Positions 53,531 to 64,000 of a stretch of DNA of 64,000 nt are shown here, one piece after another. The DNA comes from the human T2T-CHM13v2.0 reference genome, Homo sapiens: the NCBI RefSeq assembly GCF_009914755.1, contig NC_060940.1, one strand, 5' to 3'. The notes under the pieces are model-generated. The model did not search any database. It was given only the letters and a program-made list of their open reading frames with translations, and was not told the DNA's origin. The position numbers and the translations under genes are program-made. Position 1 is the first letter of the stretch. Each line of letters opens with the position of its first letter.

Positions 53531-55762
53531 GAAAGGGCATGTCTCCTAGCCAGATCAGCCATTCAAAGAAGTGCAGAAGAACTATTCAATGATTTTCACC
53601 TAATTTCCTTGGCTACTTTCCAGCTGCAAGGAATGCTGGGAAATGTAGTCTTTAAGCAGGCACACCAATGATAGACTGGATTTTTGTTTACCAGGTAAAA
53701 GGAAAGAATATGTATCGGGTTACTAAGCTACCCAGGTCTGCCCCTGACACAAAGGGCTCATACATTGGGAACAAAATCAAGGCTCTGGGAGTTTACATTG
53801 GAATATGATCTTACTGTGGATAAGACCAAAGAAATCCTGTGCACACGGATGAGGATTATAAATCCTGGTTCAGGCTGGCATGATCCACAGTTGCCACGAT
53901 TCCTGTATGCCTGCAGAAAGACAACTTAATGTGGCCTAATGTTACTAACATCTCGACAGGCTCACCTTTTGAGGGAAGGCCATTTAATTACCTGATTAAT
54001 TTGCTCATCTTAATTAACTTGTTCCTATTGTTGATAACCTTGTATTGATTGCTCTGCTGGTAGTAATTAGAAAACTGGTAAAGAAGTAAGGAGAGAAGCC
54101 CAAAGAGGGGGGCAGCACAGCACACAGATTGTCTTCCTGTCTCCTAAGAATCTACTGTGTAGGCTGTGAGCTTAGCATATTTGCTTCTCTTTTTAGGTAA
54201 ATATGTTATAGACACAAATGATGTTCTCTGTTGATTATTTATAACCACTCCACGTTCCTTCTTAGAGTATCTGCCCTTTTCATTTTTTCAAAGACTCAGC
54301 TCTCATGAGCCCCACATGACCTGCTACCCCCATCAACCACAGCTGATTGGATAAGCACCTGACCTAGACTGTGCCAGTCACATTTGATTGTTTCAGATTT
54401 CTGAATCAGAGCATGAAGAAACAGTACCAGTTAACTTTGGATGCTGAAACTATAGGACGATGCAGACTTGGAAGGTGGACAAGGTAGCTATTTCGTGATA
54501 GCCACCATGGACCCTGTATTCCCACCAACAATCAGAGAGCACTTGTCAGTTAAGTTCACCAGACTCCTAATGGCATTATAGTTCTCCCACCAAACTTCTT
54601 GCCCCAGGGTGTATGGACTATCTCTGATTATTTGATAGAAGTTTCCCTGTACATTAGCTGACTCAAGTTCATTGCCATTTTTTGCAACCCAAACAGTCCC
54701 TTCTATAACAAAGCACTCTCATCATTGACTTCTCTCTATCTTAGTTTTAAGTGTCTCTGGTGAAAATGCAAATTTAAAGGACCTATTAAAAACAACAGAG
54801 TGGGAGTTGCTATCAAATAAAGTATAAACTGCTAAACTGCTAAGGCCTCTATCAAGACCAGTGCTGTGCTAACTCTTTCCAACCCAGTAAAACGAGGCTT
54901 TATTGTCCACCACTAACATGTCACCACCTCCCCTATTGACTTCAGTCCTTTGGGACCCCCTAACTCTCATACCCCACCCAGCTTCCGAGAACTCTATTGC
55001 CTCCCAGAAGTAATCATAGTCAACACTTAGTGGTAGTTATTTTGGCTTGAGGCCATGGCCTTGCAAAGCTGGTATTGAAGTGATGCTCTCATATCTAATT
55101 TGACTGAATTGAGTGTTCCAGTAAGACTGGTGATGTTTTCCTTGCTTCAGGGTCCATCCTAATGAGCAAATGCTGCCTTACTTTCACAGAAGGCTGCAAA
55201 TGTAGACTTGTAAAGAAAATCTTTACAAACACTTCTTGGTGTCTTAGAGATCACCCAACACAATTACACATGGGGATATGCTGGGAAGTACTAAAATAAA
55301 CCTGATTTATCCTTCACATATGCCTTTCATTTGCTATTGTGGCTTCAAAGCTCAAAAAAAATAGAGAGATGTTTCTCTAAACTTTCACTATTTATTAACT
55401 GAGAATGTAACGGAAGTGAAACAGCCAACAAAAATTAAAAGCAGCTTACTCAGGGATACAGAGTCATGACTATGTGGAGCCCCATATCTTTACTTCTTTG
55501 TCTAAAGTCCTCATAAGCACTGTCTGAGTTTGCATGAGTCCTACAAACTAGAACAACTCCCAACTTCATTGAGAAGAATGAGGACATCTTTGCAAAGAAG
55601 GCAGAGGAAAGCCACATGCTACTTGTAACACTTTGATGGCTACCCAGTGCCAAGGTTTTTTTTTTTTTTTTTAACAATCCTGACAGCAGAAATCTGGAAG
55701 CTTGATCCTAGAAGACTGAAGAGCCCCCAACATGACCCTGAACTCTCACATAAGAGAGGAAC

Positions 55763-56120
55763 TCTTAGTTCGTTTGCCATTAAGAGAAAACCACAGACTA
55801 GGTCATTTATAATGAACAGAAATTTATTTTCTCACAGTTCTAAATGCTGGGACATCCAAGATCATGGGACCCGCATCCGACAAGAGTGTTCTAGCTGCAT
55901 CATTCCATGGTGGAATGGCCAGAGAGGGTGAGGGAGAGAAGCAAAAGGGGGCCAAACTCATCCCTCTGTAAGGAACTCCCTCCTGAGATAACAGCATTAA
56001 TCATTCATCAGGGCAGAGCCCTCACGGCCTAATCACCTTTTAAAGGTCCTATCTCTTAATACTGTTATAATTAAACTTCAACCTACATTTGGGAGGGAAC
56101 AAACATTCAAGCCACAGTAG
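55763..56120 (-). mobile_element. MST-type MaLR LTR
   Basis: AACAGAAATTTATTTTCTCACAGTTCT...GGGCAGAGCCCTCA.GGCCTAATCACCT. Confidence 0.8.
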
Positions 56121-57838
56121 AAACCAGCTTCTTTTTCTGTTGTTAAAGCAACACTTTTTTTCTTCTCTGTTACTTGCAGCCTAACCAGATCCTAATAAAT
56201 ACACAAGCTTCTATGTCGACAAATATGTCTACAATGCTGTTTAAATGGCAGCATGGTATTCTAGGATAGGGAAGGGCCACCATTTACTCAACCAGCCCAT
56301 TCTTGGAGGATGTTTAAGCTATTTCCAATATTTTGCTATGTTCAACAAAGTATTAAGGATCTCCCTAGTAGCTAAGCACCCATGTAAATCCTTAGATATC
56401 TTAGGATAAACCTGTAAACTAGTTTATGTGTCCTAGTTTAGCTGGGCCCAGCTGGACCATCACACATATTTAAATTTTTTTGAAACTTATTGCCAACATG
56501 CATCTCCAGAGAGGTAGTACACCAAATTATGCTCCTACAAAAGTTGCAGAAACTTGCCTGTCTATCCATACTGTCACCCACAATGGTGATTATTACTTTT
56601 TATCTGTGACAATTTGATTTATGCTGGGATTTTGCAGCCAGCACCAAGGTAGCATGTTGTCTCTCAGTCTAATAATAATTTCCCTCTCCCTCATCATCAT
56701 CACCAGCACTACCAATTTCTCTGCACTATGGGTACTAACATCAAAAATGTTCCCATCACATTTACTTCATTTTGAGGAAAAGAACAGTTACTACCATTCA
56801 TTCATTCACTCATCACACCAATATTACTGAATCCTACCCTGGACCAGCATTGTTATGGTAGATCTTGATAATATAGTGACAGACAATACCATCCTTCCCA
56901 CCATTTACATAGTAGACTGCCTGGGGCTCATAGTCTACTCACATCTCAGCACATGAGATAGTCCCATTATCACATTCTCTTCTATCTCTCTCACAGGCAC
57001 TCACTCACCAGCCATGGAGAACTTAATGGGCATTAGGTTCTTAATCCTGCTGGGTATAATTGGAGATAACCACCCTGGCTGACTGAGCACTATACCAGGC
57101 TACTCATGGATGATTTGGTTATTAGACGTAATCAGAGTGGCCCTTGTATGCTAAAAAGGAGACTCAGTCTCCATCCCATGGAAGATTACATTTTTCTGAC
57201 TGCCATCCCTCAGATCTAGATGGTATTGTCTCCCTGACATCCAAATATCTTCAATCATATAACCAAGCCATGGTTCCCATCACTCTTCAAACCCCTGAGC
57301 ATTCAAGCAACCCAAGGAAGTCAGAGCTCTGGAATCTTCCAGGAATCACAGTCTCTAAGGCAGATGGAATCTTAGAAGAAGTAGAGGATCCTATGTGGTA
57401 ATTTCTCCCAAGTCACATTTCATGTGCCCTGATTCTACAGTAGCCATTCTCCCACCTTCGCAGCTTTCCAGGGTAGATACATGGGGGGACATGACACAGA
57501 AGCCACGGCCCTTTCCCACACATATCCAGAGTCAGCACGCAGGTGTTAGGGCTCCAAAGAGATGCCCAGATGTTATGATTTGAGGTACAGAAACCTGACA
57601 ACAGATCCAAGCAAACTGGGATCTCTCTGGATTCTTGACAAGACCCCCAGTCTAGTCATAGAGGTATGCCTTTTGCACATTTGACAGGAAAAACTTATGT
57701 ATCTCTGAGCAGCATTCCAAGTTCAAGAAGACAGTATGTGTACATGTGAGTGTATATGTTTACATACATGAGTATGTGTGCTGTGGCAGGGGGCTCTTTG
57801 GAAACCTTCTAGCAAATACAGGTGACGGCTTAACAGGT

Positions 57839-58227
57839 TGATATGGTTTGGCTCTGTGTCCCCACCCAAATCTCATCTCCAATTGTAATCCCCACGTGTG
57901 GAGGGAGGGACCTGTAATTCCCACATGTCCAGGGAGGAAGGTGATTGGATCATGGGGGCGGTTTCCCCCATGCTATTCTCATGATAGTGAGTGAGTTCTC
58001 ACGAGATCTGATGCTTTTATAGGTGTTTGAAAGTTCCTCCTTCTCTCTCTTTCTCCCTCCTGCTGCCTTGTGAAGAAGATCCTTCCTTCCCCTTCATCTT
58101 TGCCGTGACTGTAAGTTTCCTGAGGCCTCCCCAGCCATGCAGAACTGCGAGTCAATTAAACCTCTACTTTTATAAATTATCCAGTCTCAGGTATTTCTTT
58201 ATAGCCGTATGAAAATGGATTAATACA
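57839..58227 (+). mobile_element. THE1D/MSTA-type solo LTR
   Basis: TGATATGGTTTGGCTCTGTGTCCCCACCCAAATCTCATC...GGATTAATACA. Confidence 0.9.
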
Positions 58228-59265
58228 CACATGTATGCCAGTTTCTATTCTGCTATTTTCCACAGGGCAAGAGAAAAGTTTTTGAGCTCTGCCCAGTTTT
58301 CATTGCACATTCATTTGTTTGTTTTTGTATGTTCACTGATAGAAGATAAGCCCTCTGAGAGCAGAGGGCTTGTCTATCTTGCTTGGTATTACTTCCCAAT
58401 AGCCCAGAAGGGTCCCTGGCATATAGTAGTTGCTCAAAATATAAGGTAAAGAAATAGGTCATCACATTTCATTGACAAAGCCATCTGTGAGGGAACCTCT
58501 ATCATTCATTCATATTCTCATTCATACTGTGTGGCTGATGCTACGCCAGACATAAGCCATAGTTAATTTTCTACCTCCACCCTGCCAGGTGCATTTTGGA
58601 GCCTAAATGTATCACCAGAGATGGAAATGTGCCCTTGTTAGCATATTTTATCTGTCTCTTCAAATCCATTTTGGAACAAGGGAGGGAAATAAAGACATTT
58701 GACTTGTCACTGGCGATGTAGATGAACTTAGTCCCCCCACCCCACATATACACACACTCACACATATGGGATTCAGTGGAAGAGATGTGGTTCTACTCTA
58801 CACTGACATCCCTGCCTTTCTCCACAGTGTAGGCAGGCAGGATCCCATTTGACTTAAGCACATGTCCCAAGTTCACCACCTCTCCTCTCCCTCCAACACA
58901 GAGTCTCAGCTTAGACTGGGCCTCATCCTCCACAGGACAAGTCTCTCTCATCCTAAGCTGGGAATCTCCAACAGGGAGTATACCTCCAGCCAAGAATCAG
59001 GCTAGAAAGCCGGAAGCATGCCTGCAGGCTCAGTCTTCTCAAGGCAAAGTTGGGAGAAGGATCCCCAGAGGGCAAAGTCTCCTGCAGCCAGCTCACTGAT
59101 GATTGACACCTAGGTTTACTGGGGCTGGCTTCAGGGCCTGGGATCAGGCACACTGCCATCTCAACAGATGGGCACATGGGTAGATAGCCAACAGATAAAG
59201 CATGAGCAACAAATGTGTTTGTCAAGGGTAGTTTTTCCAGGCAGAAACATCAAAACAGGCTCATC

Positions 59266-59567
59266 TTTCTCTTTTCTTTTTTTGAAACAGAGTCTCACTC
59301 TATCTCCCAGGCTGGAGTGCAGTGGCACAGTCTTGGCTACTGCAACCTCCACCTCCCAGGTTCAAGCATTTCTCCTGCCTCAGCCACCCAAATAGCTAGA
59401 ATTACAGGTGCACACCACTACACCCAGCTAATGCTTATATTTTTAGTAGAGACGGGGTTTCACCATGTTGTCCAGGCTGGCCTCGAACTCCTGAACTCAA
59501 GCTATCTGCCCACCGCTGGGGCCTCCCAAAGTGCTGGGATTACAGGCATGAGTCACTGTGCCTGGCC
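59266..59567 (-). mobile_element. AluS
   Basis: Antisense Alu; degenerate TSD aaaacaggctcatctt / aaaatgggatcatctt. Confidence 0.92.
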
Positions 59568-60659
59568 CAAAATGGGATCATCTTGAGTCTTCACTCCTGT
59601 GCGCCTCTGCTGGAGGCTGGAGCCTGAGTAGCGGGAGGAACCTGAAGAAGAGCTATCTAATTCCTGCAGAAGGAGGAAGGGGTGACACCAGGGAGCATGA
59701 GGTTAGGACACCCCTGGGGGGAAACAAAAAATGCCACCCCTTATTTTTTATGCAGTCAACAAGAGGGAGTGAGGTTAGACATGAAATAGATCCCCGGGGG
59801 TCTTGCTTCCTCTCACAGCTGAGAAGTTGTTAAAACCCATTTTCTGACACTCACATAGCTATGATGAGCTTTGAAAAAGATCTGGAAATGTGCAAAACAT
59901 TGACAACTGCCCTGCAATCTTCTCCCTGGGAAATAAGGAGCTCTATCCTCATGAGCTATAAATTATGAATCTCATGAAAAGTATCCAGAGGTAAGAAATG
60001 TCAGCCCGTGTACTGATACTGCTTTATCCCCACTCACGGCAGACACTGCTAATCGGTTACAATGTATTTAGTATTTTCTCACCAACCCAAGGTTGTACTT
60101 CAGACCTTCTTTTCAATAGCCCATATATTCACAGGGTACAACATTCAAAAAAAAAAAAATACAAAAGGAGAGATATACTTGAGAAACCTTCCTCCCACCC
60201 CTGACCCCAAACCACCCTGTTCCCCTCCCCAAATGGAGACCAAGGTACCTGGTCTCAATCTCTTGTGAGACAGCATTTTAGGAAACCAATAGCTTTGAAA
60301 GGTGAAACTGATCAGATTTAGAATCTAGTTCCATTTCAGAAGAGTGACCCCACTGTGCTTCAGCCAGCAGTGAGCTGAGATGGAGCAGACTTAGTTCTGT
60401 AGCAATGACAGAGGTCCAGAAAACACTTTACATCGAGGGGCACTCCTTTGCCTACAATGACCAATATGTTCCTGAGCAACATCTGGACTTCACAGGGGCT
60501 GGTGTCCACTGTGCAGGGCGGCACTGTCAGGGCTCTAGCCTCTGCCAGCAGGACCTTTTCATGGACTATCTTAGGCTTGCTCTTAGGGATCGGGGTCAGA
60601 TACCACACTGGGAAATTTCACAGGGCCGTGAATGTTGATGAAGCCTTGGGAAAGCAAGG

Positions 60660-61060
60660 GGCAGCAGAGCAAGCACTTGGCCCGGGAATCAGAAGAATCT
60701 GGGTCCTTTAATCAGTTCTGGTATCTTTCAGCTGTGTGACCTTGAGAACATCATTTCCCTTGTCTGGCATAAAACGAGGGGGCTGCCCTGTTGAAGAGCA
60801 GTAGAGAGAGTGGTTACACCCACAAGCTTTCAAGCCAGGCCTGTTAAATTTGAATCTTCTTTACATCACCCACCAGCTTAGTGACAGTATGCAAGACACA
60901 GAAGCTTTTGTAACTTTCGTTCCCCGCAACTTAAAGTGAGGGGAATAATAGTACCTACTTCATGAGGTTACTGCAATAATTAAATGGGTTCACAATACAT
61001 TTAAACCATGTGGCAAATACCTAACACATGATAAGCACTCAATAAATGGCAGCTATTATT
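60660..61060 (+). mobile_element. MIR fragments
   Basis: GCTGTGTGACCTTGAG and AATAATAGTACCTAC..TAAGCACTCAATAAATGG.AGCTATTATT. Confidence 0.7.
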
Positions 61061-61519
61061 TTATGATGACTTCCAAAGGTGGCATTATATCATAACAGGA
61101 ATAGACAGAGGAATGAACTACCTATTTTAATACTAATACTCCTGATGACAACTGGCTACCAAGTTATTAGAAATTTCTCACTTGGCTATGGCTGCCACCC
61201 GCATACTCCAAAAATAGTGTCATTAATTGTTGCAGTCAATGATTACCATTAGGGAGGTTTAGGGTGATGACCATCTTCCACCAAAATAAAGCTTTTACCT
61301 TATCACCAAAATCACCTAGGCCAATAGAGAGATTAGAAAATGCTTGCAGGGAAACCTGGCATTTGGATCCTAAACCCTAAAGATGGGGTCATGACTTCTC
61401 TTCTCTGTAAACAAAATGTAGGAGATCTGTTTGGTGGTGAGAGGGTTCGGGTCTCATGTTATCAAAGTGGCATCAGACTTCCATTAAGGCCTCCTCTTGA
61501 TATGTATTATTAGGAAAAC

Positions 61520-61975
61520 TGTTATGAGTTCAATCGTGTCCTCTAAACAGATATGTTGAAGTCCTAATCCCTGGTACCTGTGACTATGCTTTTATAGAGT
61601 CTTTGTAGATGTAATCAAGTGAAGACAAGGTCATACGGAATGAGAGTGGGTCCCAATCCGACATGGTTGATGTCTTTGTAAGAAGAGGAAAAGAGACAGA
61701 CATGCATGGGGAGAAAGCCCTGTGATTACAGAGGCAGAGCTTGGAGAAATGTGTCTACTCCAAGCCGAGGAATTACAAGGATTTCCAGCTAACACCAAAA
61801 ACTATGAGAAAGCATAGAACACATTTTCCCCTACATCCTTCAGAGAGAGTATGGCCCTACAGACACCTTTATTTCAGACTGGTAGCCTCTAGAACTATAA
61901 TGAAATAAATTTCTCTTGTTTTAAACCACTCAAGTTTGTGGTAATTTACTACAGCAGCCCTAGGAAACTAAGACA
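61520..61975 (+). mobile_element. MLT1B/C-type LTR
   Basis: TGTTATGAGTTCAATCGTGTCC..ATATGTTGAAGTCCTAA...CAGCAGCCCTAGGAAACTAAGACA. Confidence 0.85.
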
Positions 61976-64000
61976 GTCCTTGATGAAGGTAGATTGGGAG
62001 CTTGGTTTTAAAAAAAATCAAGGAAAGATAAAGGCACAAGATCTTTGGGGAAATCTATGACTATTCTCATGTGCACATATTTAGAGAATTATGCGCATAA
62101 GGACTCTACCAGTAACATCCTGCTAACACAATTCTCATTGTAGGGACGACCTGGCTATTCCTTCACACTGGAAAGCTCTTGGTCCTGGACCTTACCAGGT
62201 AACCTTCCTTCTAGCATTCAGCTTCCTGTGTAAATTTCACCTCCTCTGAGATGCCCCCATGGACTGTCCTCTTAATAGTAGCTTAAAACTCTAGATCATC
62301 TTTGTTTTTTTCTATTATGTTGTTCCAAAATGTAATACCATATGAAATCCTCTTGTTGACTTGCTCTTGTTTGACTTACCTGACTCCACTGTGGTGGGAT
62401 GTGAACACCACTAGAGGATGGTGCTGTCTTGGTTTCCACCGTCTCTAGAACCCAGACAAGAGCCTGGCTTGTAACAGGCACACGATTCCATATTCCATCA
62501 TGTCTAAGATGATCTCAATTGTGAGATGCATCACCATTACTGTGTGTGACATTAAAAAAAAGTGCTGCTGATTAAGCTCCAACCTGACAATGATGAAGAA
62601 ACATAACCCAACCTTAGAGATGTTAAATTTCAAAAAAAAAAATGTGTCTTAGATACAACGAAATATGGTAAAGGTTTCCACACAGCGTTCTGTTCTTGAA
62701 ATAATCACTCAAGCCCTGTAAAGACCAATGTGGAAGTTGTAGCGCTGCCCCTGAGCACAGTTCTCAGAGTGTGAGTGGAGGGAGAGAGTAAGGTAGGTGT
62801 CAAAGAGGACCTGCAGATGGGGCCAATGCATCTGCAGCAAGGAACATTCTGGCCATTTCTGAGACTCATGATGATGTCACAGAGCTTTAGAACCCTAGTA
62901 TACCCTAGACCACCCAAACGTCCCACAACCTATTGAATCTCACAACATATGTTTGGATAGCACTTCCCAGCCTACAACGCACTTTCTCAGGGATTCTCAA
63001 ACTTCCTCCCACCTCACATCCTTTTAAGGCAAGTGAGTGTGGGAACTCTGGTTCAGGGAAGTTAAATCACTTGCCTAAGGTCATGCAGATCATTAATGCC
63101 ATAGCCAAGACCTGAGCACGTTCTCCTAAAGCCAGGTCAGGCCTCTTGTCACATACTCCATTGACTCTAGTGCCTAACCCATGCTCATCACAGAGCTCAC
63201 ATTGGAACCATTGTTAAACAGACTCTAATGGAAATGACTTCGTTCAGCTGGTGAACATTTTGGAAGATTCCAGAAAAACATGAACAAGTGTTTGAGTGCT
63301 CTTAAGGGGATTGTCTAATATCTTGGCTCCTGACTCATCCTTAGAAGTCTTCCAGCCACCTTGTACCCATTTCAAGCCCAAGGGCTCTTTAACGTAAATG
63401 AGTTACTGAGCAGGTGAGAGAAAAAGTCTGGGCCCCTTTGAGGGGGTATATTTTGGAGCAGTTTGCTGTTTTCTTAAAGCTTGGGGAAGAGTGAGCAGTA
63501 ATCAATAGTGAAATCTGCCTGAATCTCGGAAGCTCGATGAAGGTGTTTTTGAAGCACATCACAGAGCTTGATTTTCTGTTATTTAGTGCCAAAAGTTATT
63601 ACCTCAGCAGCAGTGCAATGTCTAATTTATACCAAATTGTTAGCTGAAATCTATTAAAGTTTATTAGCCCCATCTCAGAATACAGTAACATCTCACTGCT
63701 TCAGTTCCTCTTTAAATTGAGCAGCTGGTTTAACTCTATTAGCTTTGAGGCTGAGATAAACTGGAGTCCACAGGAGCCATCCACAGCGCTGGGGAGAATG
63801 AGTACAGATGAAGCTCAGGGTATTTGGGGTGTTAGCTGCTACCAAACTGCTTCAGGCTTCATCTCTCTTGCTGCAGCCTCTACCCTGTTATTGTATTACC
63901 TACAGGATAGGGAGCGTCCTCAGAATTCAGAAAGCAGTTGTCAATGGGCTGGAGCTTTCAGCTGATAAGGAGGCATTTCTGGAATTGTGAGGGTGTTGGC

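Noticed and set aside
60405-60638. 77-aa ATG ORF with protein-like composition
   Set aside because: No recognisable homology, poly-A tail or TSD; cannot be supported as a gene or retrocopy.

Overview
Human (primate) genomic DNA from the 16q12 TOX3/CASC16 locus. The left end holds the TOX3 CpG-island promoter and first coding exon (minus strand, [29 protein letters not shown], donor at 2518). Most of the rest (about 7.97-62.9 kb) is the minus-strand lncRNA CASC16 (LOC643714); its terminal exon (acceptor, branch point, AATAAA) is visible in the sequence. The flanks of two breast-cancer GWAS SNPs are recognisable from memory: rs3803662 (8309, G here) and rs4784227 (21157, C here). The remainder is a typical mosaic of Alu, MIR, L1/L2/L3, MaLR/ERVL LTRs and DNA-transposon fossils; nearly all ORFs in the track are spurious. 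Most interesting observations: (1) the rs4784227 FOXA1 site sits in a MER63-type DNA transposon and appears to have arisen by CpG decay; (2) a candidate MLT2A-LTR-driven, spliced antisense transcript inside CASC16; (3) rs3803662 lies 6 nt into the CASC16 last exon and would be Pro/Leu missense in a predicted 43-aa smORF; (4) a 63-nt near-perfect hairpin carrying inverted PBX-HOX-like motifs; (5) a young 80-bp tandem duplication. Repeat subfamily names, SNP identities and transcript ends come from recollection, not from a search, and repeat boundaries are approximate.
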